Assembly: GCA_035528495.1 (NCBI GenBank)
Contig: DATKYM010000100.1
Span: forward strand, 6,724-38,723
Reading direction: 5' to 3'
Source: Nitrosopumilaceae archaeon
Lineage (GTDB): Archaea > Thermoproteota > Nitrososphaeria > Nitrososphaerales > Nitrosopumilaceae
DNA: 32,000 nucleotides
Numbering within the stretch: position 1 is the stretch's first letter; every line of letters begins with the position of its first letter. Shown here piece after piece: positions 8,136 through 16,726 of the stretch. The position numbers and the translations under genes were made by a program. The notes below the pieces were generated by a model. The model was not told where the DNA came from and made no database searches. It worked only from the letters and a program-made list of their open reading frames with translations.

Positions 8136-8381
8136 TTATTTTTTGACAGATTCAATTGCATCATAGCTTGCCTGAATTAATCTCAAGCTAGAATTAAGAT
8201 TAGCTCGAAGATGGGGAATATGATCTGATTCAATAGAAATAATAATTTTATCTGTGAATTTCATATTTGTGTTTGTCGGATTTTCTGGATAAAATTTATT
8301 ATCGGTGTTTATTGAATCAAAAATTGCTTTTGTTTTCTCTTTGGCATTAACAATTATTTTTGCACTAAAGTTTGACGTCAT
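8136..8381 (-). CDS. pcc1: KEOPS complex subunit Pcc1
   Basis: 81 aa. The C-terminal half (ISIESDHIPHLRANLNSSLRLIQASYDAIE) matches the archaeal Pcc1 pattern (..D..LR...NS.LR.I...). It overlaps the L37ae gene end, the typical genomic context. Confidence 0.7.
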   Translation of the reverse strand: MTSNFSAKIIVNAKEKTKAIFDSINTDNKFYPENPTNTNMKFTDKIIISIESDHIPHLRANLNSSLRLIQASYDAIESVKK

Positions 8382-8574
8382 ATGCTAATCCAGCAACCTT
8401 GAAGGTGCATTTTTTACAGGACCAAATTCCAACGGCGTCTCTTCCAAACTGTTTAGAACCACAGTCAGGACAAGTTCTCTTTTCTTTTAGTAGAAGATGA
8501 ATTTTTGTATATTGCTTTCTAGGTTTAATTCCATATCTAGCTCCTAATCCTTTTAGAGATTTTTTCTTGGCCAT
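8365..8574 (-). CDS. rpl37ae: Ribosomal protein L37Ae (eL43)
   Basis: 69 aa. Zinc ribbon CPDCG..x..CKKC. Basic N-terminus GARYGIKPRK. Confidence 0.9.
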   Translation of the reverse strand: MAKKKSLKGLGARYGIKPRKQYTKIHLLLKEKRTCPDCGSKQFGRDAVGIWSCKKCTFKVAGLAYDVKL

Positions 8575-8578
8575 TTTA

Positions 8579-9394
8579 TTAACCGGCTTTTACTGCATTT
8601 TTTAAAGTTTCTCTAATTTGTGCCCCAGCTTTAATTGAAAGATCACTACATTTGATAATTTCATCCAAAGTAAATCCATCATGGCCACCTTTTTGCAATG
8701 CGACAATATGTCCATCAGAATCAGTGGTAATTGTGACTCTGCAATCCATGCTAGCCCATTCATCACCATCAGGGTCTACAATTATATGATTACCAATTTT
8801 TGCCATAGTGATAGATACAGGAATTGTGGTTGTTGGCAAATCTGATTCTCCACCTTCTACAAGTGTTGGACCATCATCAGTCATTTCCCATTTTGGCATC
8901 GTTGAATTTAAAAGAGCAGCTGTTGCGGCATACGAACACGCATCAAAGAGATTCCCATCATAATCTACAACGACTATATCTGCAAAAACTCCTACCACAG
9001 ATTTGTTTTTTTCAATTACTAACTGTGATATATCAACCATATGACTTTCTCTAATACCTCTATCGACTACTCTTGCTAATTCAATAACATCTGGGTTTGG
9101 AGGTCCAGTTTCAACACTTGGATGAGATAAAGGTAAAAGTTCTGCAGTGCAAATAAAAATTCCCTTGTCCCCCATATCTGGAAAAGGTCTATCAGGTTGT
9201 ATTTTTACACCACAGATAGTTTCAGTATCTCCTAGTTTTACTCTTGCTGAACCGTTGGCTTTGGGAATTGCATTTACTTCTACGGTTAGTTTTCTTGGTT
9301 CGTCTAGTCCTCTACCATCTAATCTCTTTCCTTGATCAAGTAATTCCAAAATTTTTGATTTTTTCAAATCGTCGATAACACTGTGTTGCGCCAT
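8579..9394 (-). CDS. rrp42: Exosome complex component Rrp42 (RNase PH-like, non-catalytic)
   Basis: 271 aa with an RNase PH fold signature (RLDGRGLDEPR..NGSARVKLG). It directly follows rrp41 with no gap. Confidence 0.9.
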   Translation of the reverse strand: MAQHSVIDDLKKSKILELLDQGKRLDGRGLDEPRKLTVEVNAIPKANGSARVKLGDTETICGVKIQPDRPFPDMGDKGIFICTAELLPLSHPSVETGPPNPDVIELARVVDRGIRESHMVDISQLVIEKNKSVVGVFADIVVVDYDGNLFDACSYAATAALLNSTMPKWEMTDDGPTLVEGGESDLPTTTIPVSITMAKIGNHIIVDPDGDEWASMDCRVTITTDSDGHIVALQKGGHDGFTLDEIIKCSDLSIKAGAQIRETLKNAVKAG

Positions 9395-10132
9395 TTATTG
9401 ATCTCCACGGTTTTGAAAATATTTTTCTTGCAGCGCCTTCTTTTGAAGTTCATAAACTATTTTGCATCCATCTATTCCAACTTTGACACATTTCTTAAAT
9501 TCTTCAGGACTAAGAACGCCATCTAATTGTAAAAGAGTTATTTTATCCAGGTTTGGCATATATCCAACTGGCATGTCTGCTTGACCTGCTTGATCCTCTT
9601 CATTATTTACATCCAGAATAATAGTATCAGCAGCTTTTCCGGCAGCACAAGCTGCAACCATGTCCCTCATTGGAATCCCAGCATCAGCCAATGCCACAGA
9701 TGCTGCAGCTAATGCTGCACATCTAGTTCCTCCGTCTGCTTGAAGAACTTCAATAAAAACATCTACGGCCGTTCTTGGAAATTTATCGAGTATTACAGCA
9801 GGTAACAATGCTTCTTTGATTACTTTGGATATTTCAATTTCTCTCCTTGAAGGAGCGGGGTTTTTTCTTTCACTAACAGAGAATGGCTCCATGTGATATC
9901 GTACTCGCAAAATTCCAGTATCAGTATTAGACATGTGTTTAGGATGAACATCTCTTGGACCAAAAACTCCAACAAGGATTTTGTTGTCCCCAAATTCGAT
10001 ATATGCTGATCCATCAGCATTTTTAAGGCCGCCAGCTTTAATCATTATTCGTCTAGGTTCATCAACTTTTCTTCCATCACATCGAATTCCATTTTCATCT
10101 AACAATACTAGAGTACTTTCTCTTCCACCCAT
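9395..10132 (-). CDS. rrp41: Exosome complex exonuclease Rrp41 (RNase PH-like, catalytic)
   Basis: 245 aa. RCDGRKVDEPR..DGSAYIEFG..QADGGTRCAA motifs. Its start overlaps the rrp4 stop by 1 nt (TAATG). Confidence 0.9.
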   Translation of the reverse strand: MGGRESTLVLLDENGIRCDGRKVDEPRRIMIKAGGLKNADGSAYIEFGDNKILVGVFGPRDVHPKHMSNTDTGILRVRYHMEPFSVSERKNPAPSRREIEISKVIKEALLPAVILDKFPRTAVDVFIEVLQADGGTRCAALAAASVALADAGIPMRDMVAACAAGKAADTIILDVNNEEDQAGQADMPVGYMPNLDKITLLQLDGVLSPEEFKKCVKVGIDGCKIVYELQKKALQEKYFQNRGDQ

Positions 10133-10812
10133 TATGATTCACCTTTTGATTCTAACATTTCTTTCACTTGATCAGTCAAATTTGCAACATGTGCCTGCTC
10201 ATTCACCATTTGTATTGCTTTTTTAGCCTTTAATAATCCCTCGTGACTTTCACAAGTTACCACCACCCAACCATTTTGTCCAATGGTTATCGTCGCTTCA
10301 GTCGCATTTTCAATAGTTTGAATCATAGAACCTTTTTTTCCTATTAATCTTGGGACTTTACTTGGGGAGATTTCAACCAAGTCTCCAGAATCAATTTTTC
10401 CAAGATCTCTATCAGCAATGGTTATTAATGGATCACGGGTTCTATCAGAATTCGCAATTCGAGCTGCCACTAGATCGCCTGATTTTAACCTGGAAGTAAG
10501 TTCATCTGCATGAGCTGAAAAATCACGACCAAAAACATCCTGAGCGGGTAAAAATCCTACATAGCAAGAGTTGATATCTAATTCCCACGATAATGAAGAA
10601 TGAGAAATTACCTTTCCGATTACTAAATCATTAATTTGTGGAAGATATTTTCCAGTTAAAGAAATTACTTTTACAGAATCATCATATATTTCAGAAATAC
10701 CAATGGTAGTTGAAATTATCTTATTTCCTTCAAGAATTACATTTTGCTCCGGTCTATATGGACCAGTGGTTACTACATCGCCTGGAATTACATATTTTCT
10801 TTTATTATCCAT
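10132..10812 (-). CDS. rrp4: Exosome RNA-binding cap subunit Rrp4 (N-terminal, S1 and KH domains)
   Basis: 226 aa. S1-like region (GDLVIGKV..WELDI) and a KH GxxG motif (RLIGKKGSMI). 1-nt start/stop overlap with the SBDS gene. Confidence 0.9.
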   Translation of the reverse strand: MDNKRKYVIPGDVVTTGPYRPEQNVILEGNKIISTTIGISEIYDDSVKVISLTGKYLPQINDLVIGKVISHSSLSWELDINSCYVGFLPAQDVFGRDFSAHADELTSRLKSGDLVAARIANSDRTRDPLITIADRDLGKIDSGDLVEISPSKVPRLIGKKGSMIQTIENATEATITIGQNGWVVVTCESHEGLLKAKKAIQMVNEQAHVANLTDQVKEMLESKGES

Positions 10813-11498
10813 TACTTCATTACCTCAACTGAAGCAGAACCCTTGGTTATAGAACCTAGTCTATCAATCACGTTTGGCCTTGCTGCAGCGGGTATTTCAA
10901 GTATTGCTTTTAATGAACCATTATTTTGCCATTCTTCATTTTTCAAAGAACCTACTGATTTTAAAACTGCATAAGATTGTGATGCAAACTGTGCAGGAAT
11001 TATAATTTCAAGTGATACACTTTCAGATTTTAATGGAATGATTGAACGTAATTTCTCTACAATTTCTTTTACTTGCTCATCAACATTTTTTTGAGGTTCA
11101 ACAGAAACTCTTGCATCCTTCATTGCTTGCTCTATTCTTAGAGGAGGATGAGGTAAATGAGTTCTAGGATCCACATATGTTTTTGAAATATACTCTACAA
11201 GTTGCCTTCTCTTGTCTTCTACCATTTTTCGCCTTTGTTCGGTTGTAAGATTAAGATCTCCTTTTTGAAGAATTATGTGAGCAATTTCACTCGTATCTTT
11301 TGTTTTGAAGGCTTTGAGTAATTTCTCAGTTGATGGTTTAGTCCCTTTACTTGAATCAGTGTAGATATCATCAGAAACTAACACAGATGAAAGGTCTTTT
11401 TTCTTTCCCAGTTTGTACTCCAGCGCAGGGTCAGGTTTTACCAATAACTCAAATTTTTCTCCTTCGTGGGAATACTTTACCACGGTAACATCGGTCAT
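10812..11498 (-). CDS. sdo1: SBDS/Sdo1 ribosome maturation protein
   Basis: 228 aa. The N-terminal FYSH-domain pattern (VVKYSHEGEKFELLVKPD) is typical. It is the first gene of the exosome superoperon. Confidence 0.9.
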   Translation of the reverse strand: MTDVTVVKYSHEGEKFELLVKPDPALEYKLGKKKDLSSVLVSDDIYTDSSKGTKPSTEKLLKAFKTKDTSEIAHIILQKGDLNLTTEQRRKMVEDKRRQLVEYISKTYVDPRTHLPHPPLRIEQAMKDARVSVEPQKNVDEQVKEIVEKLRSIIPLKSESVSLEIIIPAQFASQSYAVLKSVGSLKNEEWQNNGSLKAILEIPAAARPNVIDRLGSITKGSASVEVMK

Positions 11499-11587
11499 TT
11501 ACGAAATTAAGTAAGTCGTGTAGGTATTTATCTATGCGTGAAACCAGCTAGATTTTTATTTGGATTTCGAAAATTTACTATTAAGAT

Positions 11588-12229
11588 TTGTCTTCTCTAG
11601 AGGTTATTTCAAAAGATGAGAGTAAAATGTCAGTCAAGCTAAAAGACATCCCGCTACAATATTCAAATGCTCTAAGACGATTATGTCTTAACGGAGTCCC
11701 TATTTTTGCTATAGATACAGTCGATATTATAGAGAATTCATCAGTTCTTCCTGATGAAGGTCTAGCTCACAGATTAGGTTTGATTCCAATAAAGACCGAC
11801 TTGACACGATTTAATGAACCCTCAAAATGTGATTGTCAAAGTGAAACTGGATGTTCAAATTGTAAAGTAATGTTAGTTTTAGATTCAGGAGACACAGAAG
11901 TCACCAAAACTATCTTATCTGAGGAATTAACATCAGAGGATGATTCCATTAAACCAGTATCTGATAAAATTCCTATTGTCCAGCTAGCGCCAGGACAACG
12001 AGTGAAAGTTGAATGCTATGCCAGACTTGGACGTGGACGAGAACATGCTAAATGGAACGCTTCTAATATTGCAACACTTGTTGACACCGACAAAGAAAAT
12101 GAGAAAATTCTTACAGTAGAATCTACGGGTGCCTTAAAACCTGAAGATATTATTCTTGCAGGAGTAGAAGAACTTCGAAATGGGGTAGTGGATTTCAAAG
12201 ACATGATCGAGCAATTAAAAGTAGAATAA
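11588..12229 (+). CDS. rpoD: DNA-directed RNA polymerase subunit D (Rpo3)
   Basis: 213 aa. N-terminus ..LKDIPLQYSNALRRLCLNGVPIFAID and LAHRLGLIPI. A TTG start is needed to retain the conserved N-terminus. TATA-like TTTTTATT sits about 30 nt upstream. Confidence 0.85.
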   Translation: MSSLEVISKDESKMSVKLKDIPLQYSNALRRLCLNGVPIFAIDTVDIIENSSVLPDEGLAHRLGLIPIKTDLTRFNEPSKCDCQSETGCSNCKVMLVLDSGDTEVTKTILSEELTSEDDSIKPVSDKIPIVQLAPGQRVKVECYARLGRGREHAKWNASNIATLVDTDKENEKILTVESTGALKPEDIILAGVEELRNGVVDFKDMIEQLKVE

Positions 12230-12274
12230 ATCAAGCATACACATTATATTTGGGTCTAAAAACGAATTATTCAC

Positions 12275-12622
12275 ATGACTAGTAGAGTAGTAATACAAAT
12301 GGCAAAGGATCTAAAGAAGGCATCTTCGAAAAATAATGCTCCAATTTGGGGGAAACTAGCCGAATATGCATTAAAACCATCTATAGCTAGAAGGAAAATT
12401 AACTTGTACAAGATTGGTCAGCTAACCAAAGATAATGATACCATAGTTTTTCCCGGAAAAATTCTTGGGACAGGTAGCCTACCACATAAAATTACGATAT
12501 CTTCGTTTTCTATTTCAGAATCTGCTGCCACAAAAATTACAGAAAGCGGTGGAAATTTAATCTCATTTTCAGACTTAATTGCGAAAAACCCCACAGGAAA
12601 AGGAGTCGTTTTCCTTGGCTAG
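12275..12622 (+). CDS. rpl18e: Ribosomal protein L18e (eL18)
   Basis: 115 aa. It occupies the canonical archaeal rpoD-L18e-L13-S9 order. Basic N-terminal region with the APIWGKLA pattern. Confidence 0.85.
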   Translation: MTSRVVIQMAKDLKKASSKNNAPIWGKLAEYALKPSIARRKINLYKIGQLTKDNDTIVFPGKILGTGSLPHKITISSFSISESAATKITESGGNLISFSDLIAKNPTGKGVVFLG

Positions 12623-13076
12623 TCAAGAAGATACAGTTTCAATTGACAGACCAATTGTAGTAGATGCCACTGATCACATTGCAGGTAGATTATCATCTAA
12701 TGTTGCAAAATTGCTTCTAAAAGGAAATAGAGTATCAATAGTAAACTGTGACAAGATAATGATTAGTGGAACAAGAAGTAACATTGTTGAAGAATATCAA
12801 GAGTTTTTAAAAATTAACAGTATCATCCATTGGAAACATGGACCAAAACATCCAAGGAGACCTGACACCATAATGAAAAGGATGATTAGAGGAATGTTGC
12901 CAAGAGAAAAATCATCTGGGATCGCAGCTCACAAAAGACTTCGTACATTTATTGGAAGTCCAAAGGAAGTAAAATCATTTAAAAAAATTAGATTTGAAAA
13001 AGCAATGATAAAAAAACCATCATCAAATTATACAACCATGGCAGATCTTAGCAGGACAATAGGGTGGACTGAATGA
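12615..13076 (+). CDS. rpl13: Ribosomal protein L13 (uL13)
   Basis: IVVDATDHIAGRLSSNVAKLLLKGNRVSIVNCDKIMISG is the classic L13 N-terminus. The track begins this frame at TTG 12579. The in-frame TTG at 12615 overlaps the L18e stop by only 8 nt and looks more likely. The start remains uncertain. Confidence 0.85.
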   Translation: MASQEDTVSIDRPIVVDATDHIAGRLSSNVAKLLLKGNRVSIVNCDKIMISGTRSNIVEEYQEFLKINSIIHWKHGPKHPRRPDTIMKRMIRGMLPREKSSGIAAHKRLRTFIGSPKEVKSFKKIRFEKAMIKKPSSNYTTMADLSRTIGWTE

Positions 13077-13522
13077 CTGTACCAAAAACAGAAATCTATT
13101 TCGCAACAAGAAAAACTGCTAGCGCTCATGTATACATTACCAAAGGCAATGGTAAAGTAAGAATTAATAACGTTCCAGTAGAGATGCTACCTCAAGAAAC
13201 AGCACGAGAAGTTATTCTTGCTCCACTTGAAATTAGCGGAGACCTGCGAGATAAAATTGATATTTCAATTAGAGTTAGAGGCGGAGGCATTATGGGTCAG
13301 GCAAATGCGATATCTGTAGGAATCGCAAGAGCTTTAATTGGATGGACAAAATCCAAAAAAGAACCAAAGGATCATCCCTTTCCCAAGTCAACACGAGAAG
13401 ACCTCAGACAAAGAATCGTAGATTTTGACAAATATTTGATTAGTGGTGACGCTAGACGAAAGGAGCCAAAGAAATTTGGAGGTCCTGGCGCAAGAAGAAG
13501 AAAACAAAAATCATATCGTTAG
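13073..13522 (+). CDS. rps9: Ribosomal protein S9 (uS9)
   Basis: 149 aa ending in the family-typical ..GGPGARRRKQKSYR. 4-nt overlap with the L13 gene. Confidence 0.9.
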   Translation: MTVPKTEIYFATRKTASAHVYITKGNGKVRINNVPVEMLPQETAREVILAPLEISGDLRDKIDISIRVRGGGIMGQANAISVGIARALIGWTKSKKEPKDHPFPKSTREDLRQRIVDFDKYLISGDARRKEPKKFGGPGARRRKQKSYR

Positions 13523-13525
13523 ACT

Positions 13526-14254
13526 GTGAAAGCAATAATTTTAGCTGGTGGAAAAGGAACGAGAGGGAAACCCTATACAGAGTATTTTCCAAAGGCCATG
13601 ACTCCAATTAATGAAAAGCCTTTGATTGAGTACATTGTAAGGTATCTAAACTCATTTAGCTTCATTAAAGAAATAATTATAATTTCAGATTTTAAAGGAT
13701 TGGGAGGTCAGATAAAAAATTATTTTCAGAATTCAACATTTAATAAAAAAATTTCTTTTGTTCAAGATTCTCAAAGTGGAACTGGTGGAGATCTTTTACA
13801 TGCCGGAAGAAAATTAGACAAGGAATCAGAATTCATTTTATGGTTTGTAGATAATTTGTGTGCAGTAGATCTCAAAAAAATGTATAAAGATTTCATAAAA
13901 ACAAAAAGTAGTGCAAGTATCGCAACTAGAGCAAAAAGAAAAGAAGAGACAGGATTTGCTGTTGTAGAAAATGGTATAATAAAACAGTTCAAAGAAAAAC
14001 CCATTATGAAATTACCAATGTCAGAATGTTTGGGAATTTACATTTTGGGACAAGATGTTATTAAAAAAATAAAGGTAAAATCCAAACAAAAAGAGATCAA
14101 TTTATCATTTGATATTTTACAAGAATTATCAAAAAATGGAAAAATTAACGCATATGATATTGGGGATAATCAATGGATTGATGTACAATCTCCAATGGCA
14201 ATAGAGAGAAACCAACAAGAAGTGAACAATATCATAAAACAGATGGGACTTTAG
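13526..14254 (+). CDS. Sugar-phosphate nucleotidyltransferase (NTP_transferase family)
   Basis: 242 aa. N-terminal MKAIILAGGKGTRGKP pyrophosphorylase signature. The GTG start lies 3 nt after the S9 stop. Confidence 0.8.
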   Translation: MKAIILAGGKGTRGKPYTEYFPKAMTPINEKPLIEYIVRYLNSFSFIKEIIIISDFKGLGGQIKNYFQNSTFNKKISFVQDSQSGTGGDLLHAGRKLDKESEFILWFVDNLCAVDLKKMYKDFIKTKSSASIATRAKRKEETGFAVVENGIIKQFKEKPIMKLPMSECLGIYILGQDVIKKIKVKSKQKEINLSFDILQELSKNGKINAYDIGDNQWIDVQSPMAIERNQQEVNNIIKQMGL

Positions 14255-14816
14255 AGTTCTTTTCGAATTCAGAGATTTTATCTTCAAATTGTAAAGTTTG
14301 AGAAATATCATCCAATCCTTCTAAAAGAATTTTCTTTTTATGAGAATCAATTTCGAACGATATTTGTCCTAAACTTGTTTTTAAAACCTGGTTTTCTAAA
14401 TCCACTTCTACTTCCCCTAATTCTTGTTTTAATTGTTCAACCATTTTTTCCTCTAGCACTATTGGTAAAATTCCGTTTTTGAAACAATTACTATAAAAAA
14501 TATCTGCAAAGGATGGAGCGATTATAACTAAAAATCCAAAATCCTTTAGGGCCCACACTGCATGCTCTCTGCTCGAACCGCACCCAAAATTATCTCCAGT
14601 TACAAGAATCTCTGAGTTTTGATATTTTTTGTCATTTAAGATAAAATCGGGTTTTTGGTTTTCATGTTCATCATATCTCCAATTAAAAAACAAGTATTTC
14701 CCAAAGCCAGATTTTTGGACCAATTTTAGAAATTGTTTTGGAACAATTTGATCCGTATCTACATTTACTTTATCTAGTGGAGTGACAATGGTTTTGATTT
14801 TTTTAAATTTCTCCAT
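14232..14816 (-). CDS. leuD: 3-isopropylmalate dehydratase small subunit, bacterial type
   Basis: 194 aa. VNVDTDQIVPKQFLK and [13 protein letters not shown] motifs. Length and N-terminus match bacterial-type LeuD. Confidence 0.9.
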   Translation of the reverse strand: MEKFKKIKTIVTPLDKVNVDTDQIVPKQFLKLVQKSGFGKYLFFNWRYDEHENQKPDFILNDKKYQNSEILVTGDNFGCGSSREHAVWALKDFGFLVIIAPSFADIFYSNCFKNGILPIVLEEKMVEQLKQELGEVEVDLENQVLKTSLGQISFEIDSHKKKILLEGLDDISQTLQFEDKISEFEKNSKVPSVL

Positions 14817-14817
14817 A

Positions 14818-16233
14818 CTAATTCAAATCCAACTTCCTGACATCAACAAAATGGCCTTCGAGGGCTGCAGCAGCTGCCATAACTGGACTTACCAAATGAG
14901 TTCTACCACCTGTGCCTTGTCTTCCTTCAAAATTTCGATTCGAAGTACTCGCACATCTTTCACCGGGTAATAAAATATCAGGATTCATTCCCAAGCACAT
15001 ACTACATCCAGCTTCTCTCCATTCAAAATTAGCATTAGTGAAAATTTTGTCAATGCCCATTTCTTCTGCTAGTTTTTTTACCATTTGAGATCCTGGTACC
15101 ACCATTGCGCTAACATTTTCAGATATCTTTTGTCCTTTGATTACTTTAGAGGCCTCGATTAAATCCTCCAGTCGAGCATTAGTACATGATCCAATAAACA
15201 CTCTATCAATTTTAATTTCAGTTATTGGAGTCCCTGATTTTAGATCCATGTATTCAAGAGCTTTCTCAACTGCCTTTTCTTGATTTAGATCACCTTTTGA
15301 ATAAGCCTCAGGCGTAGGAATAGATTCAGTGATATCGCAAGTCATCCCAGGATTTGTCCCCCAACTTACCTGAGGAGCGATGTTATCAATATGAAGAGTA
15401 AAGGTTTTGTCAAATTTTGCATCCGAATCTGTTTTGAGATTTTCTCTCCAATACTGTACCAGGGACTCGTAGTTTTTTGGAGTGTATTTTCTATTTCGTA
15501 GGTAATCAAATGTTTTCTCGTCTGGAGCAACAAGTCCGGCTCTTGCACCTCCCTCAATTGACATATTACATACCGTCATTCTCTCCTCCATGGAAAGGTC
15601 AATTATTCCCTCACCAGTATATTCTACGACCGTACCCGTTCCTCCAGCAGTACCAATATTTTTGATAATGGATAAAATGATATCCTTGGCAGTTACTGCG
15701 TGGGGATTTTTCCTTTTTCCCTCAACTCTAATTTCAAACGATTTTGGTTTTTCTAACCAGATGCTTTGTGATGCTAAAACATGTTCTACATCACTTGTAC
15801 CGATCCCAAATGCTAATGCTCCAAATGCTCCATGAGTTGATGTATGGCTATCACCACAAACAATTGTAGTTCCAGGTAAAGTTATTCCTAATTGAGGTCC
15901 AATAACATGTACAATTCCCTGATTGGGGCTGTTTATATCAAATAATTGAATTCCAAAATCTTTACAATTTTTTTCCAAGGTTTGTATTTGAATTGCAGAG
16001 GTTTGGTCCAATATCGGTAAACTCCTATCGTTTGTAGGAACATTGTGATCCATTGTGGCAATAGTCAAGTCAGGTCTTCTGACAGTTCTGTTATTCATTC
16101 GTAACCCATCAAAAGCTTGTGGGGAAGTTACTTCATGAACAAGGTGTCTGTCCACATATATCAAAGACGGATGATTTTGTTGTTCTACAACGACATGTGA
16201 ATCCCAAATTTTTTCAAAAAGTGTTTTACCCAT
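14818..16233 (-). CDS. leuC: 3-isopropylmalate dehydratase large subunit, bacterial type
   Basis: 471 aa. [15 protein letters not shown].., [23 protein letters not shown] and CSMCLGMN motifs include the three Fe-S ligand cysteines. Confidence 0.92.
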   Translation of the reverse strand: MGKTLFEKIWDSHVVVEQQNHPSLIYVDRHLVHEVTSPQAFDGLRMNNRTVRRPDLTIATMDHNVPTNDRSLPILDQTSAIQIQTLEKNCKDFGIQLFDINSPNQGIVHVIGPQLGITLPGTTIVCGDSHTSTHGAFGALAFGIGTSDVEHVLASQSIWLEKPKSFEIRVEGKRKNPHAVTAKDIILSIIKNIGTAGGTGTVVEYTGEGIIDLSMEERMTVCNMSIEGGARAGLVAPDEKTFDYLRNRKYTPKNYESLVQYWRENLKTDSDAKFDKTFTLHIDNIAPQVSWGTNPGMTCDITESIPTPEAYSKGDLNQEKAVEKALEYMDLKSGTPITEIKIDRVFIGSCTNARLEDLIEASKVIKGQKISENVSAMVVPGSQMVKKLAEEMGIDKIFTNANFEWREAGCSMCLGMNPDILLPGERCASTSNRNFEGRQGTGGRTHLVSPVMAAAAALEGHFVDVRKLDLN

Positions 16234-16240
16234 TTTGATC

Positions 16241-16726
16241 CTAATCTGGTTTGTATTTGAAGAGACCGCCAGCTTCTATTATTTTTCCGATAATCTCCGA
16301 AAAGGGCTTCATTTGGTAGGATTGATTTTTTGTGATATTTTTGATTTGATTTGAGCTAATATCAATATCAATTTCATCGCCTTCAGAGATATTTTTGTAT
16401 GCAATTTCATCAATTTCTATAGGCAACAAAAAAGCACCATCTACAGCATTTCTATAAAAAATCCTTGCAAAAGAAAGAGCAAGAATTGCCTTTATTCCTG
16501 AATGCGCAAGAGCAATTGGAGCATGTTCTCTAGAAGAGCCACATCCAAAATTTTTACCAGACAAGATAAAATCACCTTCTTTTACCTTAGAATGAAAAGC
16601 AGGATCTAATCCCTCCATAGCATGAGATGCCAATTCAGCATAATCATGAATTTTAAGATATTGTCCAGGAATTATGACATCAGTATCGATGTTATCCCTT
16701 TCATATTTTATTACATTTCCTTTCAA
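16241..16726 (-). CDS. Aconitase-family dehydratase small subunit, archaeal type (isopropylmalate/homoaconitate/citramalate isomerase class)
   Basis: 161 aa, collinear with methanogen MJ1271/MJ1277-type small subunits. Motifs [30 protein letters not shown] and [10 protein letters not shown]. Confidence 0.85.
   Translation of the reverse strand: MKGNVIKYERDNIDTDVIIPGQYLKIHDYAELASHAMEGLDPAFHSKVKEGDFILSGKNFGCGSSREHAPIALAHSGIKAILALSFARIFYRNAVDGAFLLPIEIDEIAYKNISEGDEIDIDISSNQIKNITKNQSYQMKPFSEIIGKIIEAGGLFKYKPD

Noticed and set aside
12579-12614. The upstream TTG start of the L13 gene given by the track (165 aa).
   Set aside because: It would overlap the L18e coding region by 44 nt and add a non-conserved N-terminal extension. 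The in-frame TTG at 12615 gives a conventional L13 N-terminus. I kept it as an alternative only.
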